From: Malacoraja senta | Taxonomy: Eukaryota | Assembly (NCBI GenBank): GCA_038087875.1 | Contig: CM075995.1 | Span: 8,000,001 to 8,064,000 of the forward strand | Length of the DNA: 64,000 bases | Direction: 5' to 3' | Part shown: one piece after another, positions 1 to 11,520 of the stretch | How the letters are laid out: each line of letters begins with the position of its first letter | Position numbering within the stretch: position 1 is the first letter of the stretch | Notes under the pieces: model-generated | The model's input: the letters and a program-made list of their open reading frames with translations, nothing else | What the model was told of the DNA's origin: nothing | Databases searched by the model: none | Made by a program: the position numbers and the translations under genes

Positions 1-3000
1 CAATATGGCTTCCGTACTCTTCAGTCACAGTCACTTCCACTAATTGCCCTGCACGAAGATGGCAGCAGCCTCCCCTCAGTCAGTCACTTGATGCAAATGC
101 CCCACACCAAGATGGCTGCCTCAGTCACACTCACTCCCTGCTGATGCCCTGCAGTGTCGTTTGTGACCCCCACCCGGTCATACGGTGATGCCGGGTGGGA
201 CCGTGATGCTGGATGGGACGGTCGAGCCTGTGGGGAACGATGAAGGAAGAGAGGGGGGGGCAGGGCTGGGGGAGGGGAGTCACAGAGTCACACAGATTCA
301 CCACCCTCTGCCTAAAGAAATTCCTCTCCATCTCCTTTCTAAAGGAACGCCCTTTAATTCTGAGTATGCCTTCTGGACCGAGACTCTCCCACTAGTGGAA
401 ACATCCTCTCCACATCCACTCTATCCAAGCCTTTCACTATTCGGGAAAGTTTTAATGAGGACCCCCACCCCCTCCTCATTCTTCTAAACTCCAGCGAGTC
501 CAGGCCCAATGCAGACAAATGCTCATCGTACATTAACCCACTCATTCCTGGGATCGTTCTTGTGAACCTCCTCTGGACCCTCTGCAATGCCAAGCACATC
601 CTTCCCTCAGATATGGGACCCAAAACTGCTCACAATGGCCCATGTCCCTCTAAACCTGTCCTATCCATGTACCTGTCCAAGTATCTTTTAAACATTGCAA
701 TAGTCCCTGCCTCAACTACCTCTCCTCTGGCAGCTTGTTCCATACACCCACCCTCTATGTGGAAAAGTTACACTTCAGATACCTATGTTTCAGAAAGAAC
801 TGCAGATTCTGGAAAAATCGACGGTAGAAAAAACCTGGGAGAAACTCAGCGGGTGAGGCAGCATCTATGGAGCAAAGGAATAGGCGACGTTTCGGGTCGA
901 GACCTTTCTTCAGACTGAAGAAGGGTCAGTCTGAAGAATAGACAATAGGTGCAGTAGGCCATTCGCCTCTTCAAGCCAGCACCGCAATTCAATGTGATCA
1001 TGGCTGATCATCCACAATCAGTACCCCCGTTCCTGCCTTCTCCCCATATCTCCTGACTCCGCTATCTTTAAGAGCCCTATCAAGCTCTCTCTTGAAAGTA
1101 TCCAGAGAACCGGCCTCCACTGCCCCCTGAGGCAGAGAATTCCACAGACTCAAAACTCTCTGTGTGAAAAAGTTTCCTCATCTCTGTTCTAAATGCATTA
1201 CCCCTTATTCTTAAACTGTGGCACCTTGTTCTGGACTCCCCCAACATCCGGAATGGTCTCGACCTGAAACGTCTCCTGTTCCTTCACTCCATAGCTGCAT
1301 CGTCACCTGCTGAATTTCTGCAGCTTTTTTGTCTACCTCAGATTCCTATTAAATCTTTCCCCTTCACCTTAAACCTCTGGTCCTCGATTCCGCTCCTCTG
1401 GCAAAAGACTCTCTGCGTCTACCCGATCTATTCCTGTCATGATTTTGTACACCACTATAAGATCATCCCTCATCCTCATGTGCTCCAAGGAATAAAGTTA
1501 TAATGCACTATAACACATAATGCACCATAATACAATATAATACACTATGACACATGATTTTTAACACACCCAAATACAATATAACACACTATAATACAAA
1601 ATGTGGTTGATGCTCCTCACCAAGATGGTCGCCATCGCTACAAACGCCCCTCACCAATATGGCTTCCGTACTCTTCAGTCACAGTCACTTCCACTAATTG
1701 CCCTGCATGAAGATGGCAGCAGCCCCCCCTCAGTCAGTCACTTGATGCAAATGCCCCACACCAAGATGGCTGCCTCAGTCACACTCACTCCCTGCTGATG
1801 CCCTGCAGTGTCGTTTGTGACCCCCACCCGGTCATACGGTGATGCCGGGTGGGACCGTGATGCTGGGTGGGACGGTCGAGCCCGTGGGGAATGACTAAGG
1901 AAGAGAGGGGGGGCAGGGCTGGGGGAGGGGAGTCACAGAGTCACACAGATTCACCACCCTCTGCCTAAAGAAATTCCTCCCCATCTCCTTTCTAAAGGAA
2001 CACCCTTTAATTCTGAGACTATGCCTTCTGGTCCGAGACTCTCCCACGAGTGGAAACATCCTCTCCACATCCACTCTATCCAAGCCTTTCACTATTCTGG
2101 AAAGTTTTAATGAGGACCAGCCCCCCCTACCCCTCCTCATTCTTCTAAACTCCAGCGAGTCCAGGCCCAGTGCAGACAAACGCTCATCGTACATTAACCC
2201 ACTCATTCCTGGGATCGTTCTTGTAAACCTCCTCTGGACCCTCTGCAGGCACCCAAAACTGCTCACATTGGCCCATGTCCCTCTAAACCTCCTCTGGCAA
2301 AAGAGTATGGAAGCCATATTGGTGAGGGGCTGTCCAATCCATGTACCTATCCAAGTATCTTTTAAACGTTGCAATAGTCCCTGCCTCAACTACCTCCTCT
2401 GGCAGCTCGTTCCATACACCCACATTCTATGTGGAAAAGTTACACCTCAGATTCCTATGTTTCAGAAAGAACTGCAGATTCTGAAAAATCGAAGGTAGAA
2501 AAAACCTGGAGAAACTCAGTGGGTGAGGCAACATTTATGGAGCGAAGGAATAGGCGACGTTTCAGGTCGAGACCTTTCTTCAGACTGAAGAAGGGTCAGT
2601 CTGAAGAATAGACAATAGGTGCAGTAGGCCATTCGCCTCTTCGAGCCAGCACCGCCATTCAATGTGATCATGGCTGATCATCCACACAATCAGTTCCTGC
2701 TTCTCCCCATATCTCCTGACTCCGCTTCTTTACGAGCCCTATCAATCTCTCTCTTGAAAGTATCCAGAGAACTGGCCTCCACCACCCTCTGAGGCAGAGA
2801 ATTCCACAGTCTCACAACTCTCTGTGTGAAAAAGTGTTTCCTCATCTCTGTTCTCAATCCCTTATTCTTAAACTGTGGCCCCTTGTTCTGGACTCCGCCA
2901 ACATCGGTAAGGGTCTCAACCTGAAACGTCTCCTATTCCTTCGCTCCATTGATGCTGCCTCACCCGCTGAATTTCTCCAGATTTTTTGTCTACCTCAGAT

Positions 3001-3513
3001 TCCTTTTAAATTTTTCCCCTTCACCTTAAACGGATGTCCTCTGGTCCTTGATTCCCCTCCCCTGGCAAAAGACTCTGTGCGTCTACCCGATCTATTCCTG
3101 TCATGATTTTGTACAACTCTATAAGATCATCCCTCATCCTCATGTGCTCCAAGGAATAAAGTTATAATGCACTATAATACATAATTCACCATAATACAAT
3201 ATAATATATAATACACTATGACACATGATTTTTAACACACCCAAATACAATATAATACACTATAACACACCTTAACACAATATAACACACTATAATACAA
3301 TATAACACACTATATACAAAATGTGCTTGATGCCCCTCACCAAGATGGTCGCCATTGCTACAAACGCCCCTCACCAATATGGCTTCCATACTCTTCAGTC
3401 ACAGTCACTTCCACTAATTGCCCTGCAACAAGATGGCAGCAGCCTCCCCTCAGTCAGTCACTTGCTGCAAATGCCTCGCACCAAGATGGCTGCCTCAGTC
3501 ACACTCACTTCCC
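1..3513. repeat. Tandem triplication of a ~1.65-1.72 kb unit (third copy partial; first copy runs off the window)
   Basis: CAATATGGCTTCC(G/A)TACTCTTCAGTCACAG starts at 1, 1655 and 3375. Copies 1 and 2 carry the same CR1 3' fragments, Penelope-type fragment and TATAATACAC-type low-complexity tract. Confidence 0.92.
290..625 (-). mobile_element. CR1 LINE ORF2 3' fragment (paralog at ~1945-2250)
   Basis: Translation LQRVQRRFTRTIPGMSGLMYDEHLSALGLDSLEFRRMR...KGLDRVDVERMFPLVGESR matches the C-terminus of the intact CR1 ORF2 at 23915-26875. Confidence 0.9.
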
Positions 3514-3693
3514 ATTGATGCAATAGACAATAGGTGCAGGAGTAAGCCATTCAGCCCTTCGAGCCAGCACCGCCATTCAATGTGATCATGGCTGATCATC
3601 CCCAATCTGTACCCCGTTCCTGCCTTCTCCTCACATCCCCTGACTCCGCTCGTGTGCGGACGTGGCGCCGTTAGACGAGAAGCCGATGCAAAG

Positions 3694-3949
3694 AATTCAA
3701 AGCCAAAGAACCGAATGGAAATGAGGCCGAAATGCCAAATAACCGAAAGAGTACGAAGCCGAAATGCCAACAAACCGAAAGTATGGGACGCCTAAATGCA
3801 AACTAACCGAACGGGTGGGATGCCTAAAAGCCAACTAACCGAAAAGCTGCGTCGCCTAAAAGCAAACTCACTGAATGGCCGCTCTGTCTAAACGCCACCT
3901 ACCCGAAAGGCGGCGTCGCCTACAAGCCAACGAACCGAATGCCGCTCAA
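3694..3949. repeat. Eight-unit array with exact 32-bp period (about 22-nt semi-conserved core plus about 10 variable nt)
   Basis: Units start at 3694, 3726, 3758, 3790, 3822, 3854, 3886 and 3918. Core resembles GCCTAAAWGCCAACTAACCGAA. Confidence 0.9.
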
Positions 3950-4224
3950 CAGAAAAGTCAAATAACGGACATGACGTTGCCGGGGGGCGGGACTTGTCAG
4001 CGATTGGTCCAGACCCCCGCATCCATCACATCACTGTGGAGGGATGAACATTGTCCACACCTCCGCTCCACCTGACCCGCAGCCCGCGGAGGGTGGCCCT
4101 GGGATTGAGGGGGCTGTCCCGAGGAATGCCACCTTCGGCCGCTTACAACTTGGTGCTTGGGTTCAGATTGCCCAGTCACCTATGGCTTGTGTGGAAAAAT
4201 GACCCCCACGCTCCCGTCTCGGAA

Positions 4225-6070
4225 ATGTCAGTGATGCAGTTGAACAAAGGGGACTATGAAGGCATGAGGGAGGAGCTGGCCAAGGTCAACTGGAAAGGGA
4301 TCCTAGCAGGAATGACGGTGGAACAGCAATGGCAGGAATTTATGGGCATAATCCGGAAGACGCAGGATCATTTAATTCCAAAAAGGAAGAAAGATTCTAA
4401 GAGGAGTAGGAGGCAACTGTGGCTGACAATAGAAGTTAGGGATAGAATAAAACTTAAAGAAAAGATGTAAAACACAGCAAAGAATAGCCAGTAGCCAGAG
4501 GTTTGGGAAACTTTCATAGGACAACAGAAGGAAATAAAACGGGCAATACGGGCTGAAAAGATGAAGTACGAGGGGAAGCTGGCCAGGAATATAAAGGACA
4601 GGAAAAGCTTCTTTAGATATGTTAAGGGAAAAAGAATAGCAAAGTCAAATGTAGGTCCCTTGAAGGCAGACACGGGTGAAATTATTATGGGGAACAAGGA
4701 AATGGCAGAGGAGTTGAACAGGTACTTCGGATCTGTCTTCACTAAGGAAGACACAAACAATCTCCCAGAAGTACTGGAGGACAGAGGATCTAAGGGGGTA
4801 GAGGAACTGAAAGAAATTTTCATTAGGCGATAAATAGTATTGGGTAGGTTAATGGGACTGAAGGATGATAAATCTCCTGGGCCTGATGGTCTGCATCCCA
4901 GGGTCCTCAGGGAAGTGGCTCTAGAAATACTGGATGCATTGGTGATCATTTTCCAATGTTCAATAGATTCAGGATCAGTTCCTATGGATTGGAGGATAAC
5001 TAATGTTATCCCACTTTTCAAGAAAGGAGTGAGAGAGAAAACGGGGAATTACAGACCAGTTAGCCTGACTTCGGTGGTGGGAAAGATGCTGGAGTCAATT
5101 ATTAAAGAGGTAATAATGGGGCATTTGGATGCCCCCATTATTAGGACTAAAATGATTAGTCCAAGTCAGCATGGATTTATGAAAGGAAAATCATGCTCGA
5201 CTAATCTTCTGGAATTTTTTGAGGATGTGACAAGTAAAATGAATGAAGGGGAGCCAGTGGATGTAGTGTATCTAGACTTTCAGAAAGCCTTTGATAAGGT
5301 CCCGCATGGGAGACTGGTGACTAAAATTAGAGCACATGGTATTGGAGGTAGGGTGTTGACGTGGATAGAAAATTGGTTGGCAGACTGGAAGCAAAGAGTA
5401 GGAGTGAACGGGTCCTTTTCAGAATGTCAGGCAGTGGCGAGTGGAGTGCTGCAAGGCTCGGTGTTGGGGCCGCAACTGTTTACCATATATATTAATGATT
5501 TGGAAGAGGGAATTAGGAGCAACACTAGCAAGTTTGCGGATGACACAAAGCTGGGTGGCAGTGTGAACTGTGAAGAGGATGTTAGGAGGTTGCAGGGTGA
5601 CCTGGACAGGTTGAGTCAGTGGGCAGATGCGTGGCAGACGCAGTATAATATAGATAAATGTGAGGTTATCCACTTTGGCGGCAAAAACAAGGGGGCAGAT
5701 TATTCTCAATGGGGTTAGGTTAGGTAAGGGGGAGGTACAGAGAGACCTGGGTGTCCTTGTACACCAGTCATTGAAAGTTGGCGTGCAGGTACAGCAGGCA
5801 GTGAAGAAAGCTAATGGAATGTTGGCCTTCATAACAAGAGGATTTCAGTATAGGAGTAAAGAGGTTCTTCTGCAGTTGTATAGGGCTCTGGTAAAACCAC
5901 ATCTGGAGTATTGTGTATAGTTTTGATCTCCTAATTTGACGTAGGACATCCTTGTGATTGAGGCAGTGCAGCGTAGGTTCACGAGATTGATCTCTGCGAT
6001 GGCGGGACTGTCATATGAGGAAAGATTGAAAAGACTAGGCTTGTATTGTTTAGAAGGATGAGGGGGTATC
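4225..6070 (+). mobile_element. 5'-truncated CR1 LINE (ORF2 RT, with stops and frameshifts), left part
   Basis: KSPGPDGLHPRVL, NYRPVSLTSVVGK, YLDFQKAFDKVPH, QGSVLGPQLF and KFADDTKL motifs. Interrupted after GAGGGGGTATC by a Gypsy LTR. Confidence 0.95.
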
Positions 6071-6274
6071 TGTAAAGGATTGATAACGAGGCATCGTTAC
6101 TTTACTATCTTTATTCATACTGGATCATTATACATTGCACTAGCTGTACGTGGTCTGTCACAGGAACTAGAGAGCGATCTGTGGGTGGGGAGGTTGTAGT
6201 TATACTTGCGATATGGGGAGTGGTTAGTAGGTATGAGGTCACTATGTTAAAGGCACATGCATATCTCATCTACA
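6071..6274 (-). repeat. Gypsy 3' LTR (204 bp)
   Basis: TGTA...TACA termini. Preceded on the minus strand by the polypurine tract GGAGAGGAAGGA (6275-6286). Confidence 0.88.
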
Positions 6275-6343
6275 TCCTTCCTCTCCGAAACGACAGGCAA
6301 ATACAATGGTGACATGGCGACCACGGCTCATGCGCTAGGATAG

Positions 6344-8152
6344 CTAGGCAACATCGCCATAGCGGTCAGGCGGTTTGACAAGACGTCCCGCCCGGGTTCG
6401 CGTCTCGCCATCCACCCTTCCTGCAGGAGGAAGAGGCACCAGCGGGGACAGACGAACCTGAAAGGGAGAAACGGGAGGAAACGGAAGAGACCGCGGCACC
6501 GAAACTGGAGGGGATGCGGGGCTGGGACCGGGAAGAGCGCGGGGGGGCGAGCGAGGACTAGTCGGAGTGTGATGGAGCGGAGGGGGCGAAGGAGGAGCAG
6601 AGCGAGGCATGTCAGGAATCACGGGCAGGGCAACGGCCGGACGCGAAACAGGCAGCGGGGGAGCAAAGGGATCGGCGGCAGGAGGACGCGGCTCGTGGAC
6701 AAGCCGAAGGTGCTGGCGGGACCGTCGGTAAATGGTCCCAGCGTAGTCGACGAAATAGGACCTGGGCGACCCCGCAGAGCCGACGACAGTAGCGAGCTTG
6801 GAGTGACCGGGAGTGGTCTGCATACGGACTACTTGACCGGGGAAGAGGGGCGGCAGCGGGTGGCAGGACCTGTCATGGGACCGCTTTTGGACGTCGTGCC
6901 TGAAGGCAATTCGTTTCTGAACCGCCGCAGGTGGGAGGACCGAGGGTATGAGGGAGCGCTGGGCCACCGGGAGTGGGAGCCTGGTAGCGCGAGACAGGAG
7001 CCGCTGAGCAGGTGAACCCATGGCAGAGTCGCGGGAAATGTTCCGAAGGCTGAGGAGGGCCAGGTGGAAGTCGGAGTTAATGCCACCACACTGTTCCAAC
7101 AAGTGCTTAGCACTGCGGACCGCGCGCTCGGCCAAACCGTTGCTTTGCGGGTACTCCGGGCTGCTGGTGAAGTGGCGAAAGTTCCATCTGGAAGCGAACG
7201 CTTTAAACTCGGAGCTCGTGAACTGGCTGCCATTGTCCGACTGCAAGCTTGCCGGGGGGCCAAAAGTGCTAAAGTGAGGGTACAACCTGTCGATGACGGC
7301 CGAAGAGGTCAGGGAAGGCAGCCGGTCAACCACAAACCAGCTGGAGTAGGAGTCAACGAGTACCAGGAAATGTTTGCCCCGCCACTCGAAAATGTCTGTG
7401 GCGAGCACCATCCAGGGCAGTCCGGGCGCGGGCTGCTGTAGAAGCGGCTGACGCTGCTGATGGGGGGCGCGGCTGTTGCAGGTGGAACACGATGAGACCC
7501 TCTCCCGGATGTACTTGGCCATATCCGGCCAATAGAACTGGCTCTTGGCGAGAGACAAAGTGGCTTCGGCCCCAGTGTGACCGCGGTGTGCGACTTGAAA
7601 ATATCGGTCGTGCAGCGCCGCGGGCACGACCACTTTGTGACCCTTCACCACCACGCCGTCGTGCAATACGAGCTCGTCCCGAATCAGGAAGTAGGGCACG
7701 GCTCCAGCCGGCAGTGCCGAGCGACGGTCAGGCCAGCCCTGCCGGATGATGGCAGACAGCTGTTGCAGGGCAGGGTCGTTGGTAGTGTGTTCAACCAGGG
7801 ACTTCATCTGTGGCGAGGGGACGATGTTCAATCGTAGTACTAGTAACTCAGACATTTCGTATTGGTGGCGAGCAGTGGACGTCAGCGGGGCGCGAGACAA
7901 CGTGTCGGCTACGAACATGTCCTTCCCCTTACGATAAACCACCGTGAACGTGAAACGCTGGAGCTGCAGCAGCATGCGCTGCAGACGTGATGAGGCCACA
8001 TGGATCGGTTTGTTGAGGATGGTAACAAGTGGTTGATGGTCAGTTTCAACGGTGAAAGTGTTGCCCACGATGTAGTCCCGGAATTTGGAGCAGGCAAACA
8101 CCACGGCCAGTAGCTCCTCAATCTGCGCGTAGTGCTGTTCGGTGGCGGTCAT
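6344..8152 (-). CDS. Gypsy pol C-terminal part: RNase H end and integrase, open for 602 codons
   Basis: VETDHQPL, ADTLSRAP, HHCC zinc motif, VDSYS, SDNGSQFTS, SPEYPQSNGLAERAV, terminal TRAGRLVKPPDRY. Confidence 0.9.
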   Translation of the reverse strand: MTATEQHYAQIEELLAVVFACSKFRDYIVGNTFTVETDHQPLVTILNKPIHVASSRLQRMLLQLQRFTFTVVYRKGKDMFVADTLSRAPLTSTARHQYEMSELLVLRLNIVPSPQMKSLVEHTTNDPALQQLSAIIRQGWPDRRSALPAGAVPYFLIRDELVLHDGVVVKGHKVVVPAALHDRYFQVAHRGHTGAEATLSLAKSQFYWPDMAKYIRERVSSCSTCNSRAPHQQRQPLLQQPAPGLPWMVLATDIFEWRGKHFLVLVDSYSSWFVVDRLPSLTSSAVIDRLYPHFSTFGPPASLQSDNGSQFTSSEFKAFASRWNFRHFTSSPEYPQSNGLAERAVRSAKHLLEQCGGINSDFHLALLSLRNISRDSAMGSPAQRLLSRATRLPLPVAQRSLIPSVLPPAAVQKRIAFRHDVQKRSHDRSCHPLPPLFPGQVVRMQTTPGHSKLATVVGSAGSPRSYFVDYAGTIYRRSRQHLRLVHEPRPPAADPFAPPLPVSRPAVALPVIPDMPRSAPPSPPPLHHTPTSPRSPPRALPGPSPASPPVSVPRSLPFPPVSPFQVRLSPLVPLPPAGRVDGETRTRAGRLVKPPDRYGDVA

Positions 8153-8511
8153 GGTGCGGGACGCGAATGAGACAGGCAGCTGCAGGCCGTCATGGACCTG
8201 GAGGCAGGCGGCACCGAGTCCGAATTGAGAGGCGTCGCAGGTGAGGACAATGGGATGCTGCAGGTCAAAGAACTTGAGCGTGGGTGTGCTGATCAGTTTA
8301 GACTTAACAATGTCAAATGCCTTCTGATGATTGGGTAACCAAAGCCAGGAAGTGTCCTTTTTGATCAGATCCCTCAGGGGAGCGCTGAGCTCGCTGAGGT
8401 CGGGGATGGAACTTCCCCAGGTAGTTTACCAAGCCGAGGAAGCGTTGCAGGCTGCCACGTTAGTAGGAGGAGGCATCCCTGAGATGGCAGCCGTTTTCTG
8501 CGGGTCTGGCT

Positions 8512-9450
8512 TTAGCCCCTCAGCGGTGAATACATGTCCAACATAGGTACCTCCGAGACGCGGAATCGGCACTTCTTGGGGTTCAGTTTCAAGTTGATTT
8601 GCCTGGCCCGGTCCAGGATCAGGCGGAGGTTGACATCGTGTTCGGCAACATCCTTACCGTAAACGAGGATGTCGTCAACAATTATGGCGCAAGGCAGATC
8701 TGAAAACAACTGTTCCATGGTTCGCTGGAATACCTCACTGGCAGAGTTGATTCCGAAGGGCATTCGGAGGAACCGAAACCTTCCGTAGGGGGTGGCAAAG
8801 GTTGTCAAAATGGACGACCGCTCGTCCAGTGGTATCTGCCAGAATGAGCTTTTGGCATCGAGGACCGAAAAGACCGTTGCTGGACCAACCCGTGCAGCGA
8901 CGTCTTCCACCGTTCTCATAGGGTAGTGAGGGCGCCGAATGGCCAGGTTGAGGTCTCTGGGGTTGATGCAGATGCGTATCTCACTCATGTCCTTTTTAGC
9001 AGCAACAACCATGGAAGAGACCCAGCTGGTGGGCTCGACGACCGCCTTTAGGACGCCCATTTGTACCATACTGTGTAGGTTCGCCTCCACTTTGTCTCTC
9101 ATGGCGAAGGAAATACGGTGAGGAGCATGGACCACAGGAACGATCTTATGGTCCACTTCAATCTTGTAGCTGCAGGGTAGTTTGCCTAGCTTATCATCAA
9201 AGCGGTCGGGATACTCGGCCAGCGGGTCCATAAGAGCCTGCACGTGGTGGATGTCCCGGTGGAAGGACACCAGTCCCATTTCCTGGCATGCCTGGATCCC
9301 CAGCAGGGGAACGCATCTTCGATTGAGGAGAAAGAAGGTGAGGGGCCGAGTGGCCTTCAGTATCTTACAGTGTAGTGTGGCCTTGCCCACAGGAGTAAGG
9401 ATCTCCCCACCGTAGGCATGCAGGTTTGAGCTCAGAAAATATCTGCTCAT
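8512..9450 (-). pseudogene. Gypsy reverse transcriptase domain, frameshifted relative to protease and RNase H
   Basis: IRICINPRDLNLAI, FSVLDAKSSFWQIPL, FLRMPFGINSASEVFQ, IIVDDILVYG. Confidence 0.9.
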
Positions 9451-9564
9451 TAGTTCTTATCTGGTTGAAAAGGGATGTTGACATAACATTGGTAACCGCC
9501 CCAGTGTCGATTTTGGCCGTGAAGGTCGAGTTGTTCACAGTGACTTGCACAGAAGGATCCGTTA

Positions 9565-10148
9565 TCATAGCAGGTGCGTCCACCACGGTAAACAAGCTGG
9601 TTTCCCCTGAGAGGAGTTAGATGTAGGAACAGAATGTTCATCGGAATAGTGCTGGGAGCTGAGCTCATTATCCGACTGTAGAAGGTTGTTTAAATTTTGC
9701 CTTCGAGCAGCGACAGGCTTCCCACGGGAACGACAAGCTGCAGCAAAATGGTTCAACTTATTGCAGGAATTGCAATTCTTCCCTAGAGCAGGGCACACAT
9801 TGAACTGATGAGTTGTGAAGTTGCAATTAGGGCACCTTTGCTGGGTGCCTCCCCTTGTAGCATCACCGAACCCCTGGGCGCGTCCCCCTCGAGCAGCGAG
9901 CGACACCGGGGGTCGCGACTGGGGTGCGTTCATGAGATAGCTAGGAGTGCTGGCAAAGTTGATCGCCTGTTCAGCCGGCGGCGCCGCCGCGGAAACAGCG
10001 TCAGCTAAGCGAGTAGCGTGCATTGCATCGGCCAAGGTCAGATCCGGCTTGCGAAGTAGTTCGGACCTGAGCTTCTCATCACGGAGACCGTAAACCAGTA
10101 GGTCCCTGATGACATTATCGGGGGTCCACGTCTCGAGGCGGCAGCCTT
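9565..10148 (-). pseudogene. Gypsy gag C-terminal part with zinc knuckles
   Basis: IRDLLVYGLRDEKLRSELLRKPDLTL and two Cys/His knuckles. Confidence 0.85.
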
Positions 10149-10149
10149 T

Positions 10150-10548
10150 ATATGTTAGAAACATATAAAACTATAAAAGGACTGGACAAGCTAGATGCAG
10201 GAAAAATGTTCCCAATGTTGGGCGGGTCCAGATCTAGGGGCCACATTCTTAGAATAAAGGGGAGGCCATTGAAGACTGAGGTGAGAAAAAACATTTTCAC
10301 CCAGAGAATTGTTGAATTTGTGGAATTCCCTGCCACAGAGGGCAGTGGAGGCCAAATCACTGGATGGATTTAAGAGAGAGTTAGATAGAGCTCTAGGGGC
10401 TAGTGGAATCAAGGGATATGGGGAGAAGGCAGGCACGGGTTATTGATTGGGGACGATTAACCATTATCACATGAATGGCGGTGTTGGTTCGAAGGGCCGA
10501 ATGACCTCCTCCTGCACTTATTTTCTATGTTAGTTTATGTTCTATGTT
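10150..10548 (+). mobile_element. 3' end of the CR1 interrupted by the Gypsy element
   Basis: ETYKTIKGLDKLDAGKMFPMLG continues the CR1 broken at 6070. Ends in GAAGGGCCGAATGACCTCCTCCTGCAC and TCTATGT-type tail repeats. Confidence 0.9.
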
Positions 10549-10564
10549 AAAAAGCCCAGAGCCA

Positions 10565-11520
10565 TAGAATAGAATGCTATTTATTGTCATTCAAACCTAG
10601 GCTTGAACGAAATATCATTACTACAGTTTTTTACATTACAAAAAAACCCAAGACCCACACTTAACACAGTTTACATAAACATCCATCACAGTGAGTCTCC
10701 AACACCTCCTCACTGTGATGGAAGGCAAAGTCTTATCGCTTCCCTTTATTCTTCACCCGCGGTCCAGCAGTCCAACTGCAGCGTCTAGGCGAACTGGGGC
10801 TCCGGTGTTAAAGCCCCCGGCGGACGATGGTAAGTCCTGTGGCCATTCAGCCACGCCGGGCGATGCCAGGCCCCGGCTCCGTGTCCTTCAAACCCCGCGG
10901 TTCAAGCAGTCCAACCCATAGTCCAACTGCAGTGTCTAGGCGAACTGGGGCTCCAATGTTAGAGCCCCCGGCGGACGATGGTAAGTCCCGTGGCCGCCAA
11001 CCCGCGCCGGGCGATGTTAGGCCTCGCTCCGTGTCCTCCAAACCTCGCTATTCCAGCGGGGGAAGTTGCCATTGCAGGAGCTCCGAAAAGATGTCTCCCA
11101 CCAGGGACCTGGAGCTCCCGATGTTCCTGTCCACCGGGCCCGCAGCCGGAGCTTCCGAAACTCCAAAGTCGGGTCGCAGCCGAGCGCCACCACAGCTCTC
11201 CCCGCTCCAAAGCCGGCCAGCTCCGCGATGTCAGGTCCCAGGCTCCGCGAGTGGAGCCTTCCGGTCAGTCCCGGCCGGAGTCCGCCGCCGGCTCCACAAT
11301 GTTAGGCCCAACGACATCGGAGATCCGACAGGGAAAAAGTCGGGTCCCCGTACAGGGAAGAGATTAACGGTTTCCCCAACATCCCCCCCTCCACCCCCCA
11401 CATATACACAGCTAAAAAATAATAAAAACTAAGCTCAAGACATACATTAAACAAGACAAAAAAAATTTAAAAAGACGGACGACTGTAGTTGAGCCGCTGC
11501 CGTTAGGCGCCGCCACTCCC
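10565..11520 (-). mobile_element. Probable non-autonomous retroposon with GC-rich body and internal ~140-bp duplication
   Basis: Minus-strand 3' end TGACAATAAATAGCATTCTATTCTAT. AGTCCAACTGCAG(C/T)GTCTAGGCGAACTGGGGCTCC is repeated at ~10769 and ~10920. Architecture resembles the element at 46425-47248. Confidence 0.55.

Larger units (their letters stand above)
6071..10148 (-). mobile_element. Ty3/Gypsy LTR retrotransposon (Mag-like), 5' LTR and gag start missing
   Basis: Minus-strand order: gag with two Cys/His knuckles (CPNC..H..C, CNSCNKLNHFAAAC), protease (KIDTGA), RT (IIVDDILVYG), RNase H (LTCDASQFGLG), integrase (HRGH..CSTC, DDE core), polypurine tract, LTR. Confidence 0.95.

Noticed and set aside
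1495..1600. TATAATACAC-type repeats (also 3160-3320) as promoter boxes
   Set aside because: Simple low-complexity repeat in eukaryotic DNA.
3694..3949. CRISPR array
   Set aside because: The variable parts are only ~10 nt, the repeats are degenerate, there are no cas genes, and the context is vertebrate.
4368..5832. Antisense ORFs over CR1, L1 and Gypsy coding regions (e.g. 4368-5021, 5419-5832, 25272-25655, 38300-38764)
   Set aside because: Shadow ORFs of retroelement reading frames with no independent protein features.
10691..11432. Overlapping Pro/Arg-rich ORFs, also at 29505-30104 and 46609-47177
   Set aside because: A by-product of GC-rich repeat sequence; open in several frames with no domain motifs.
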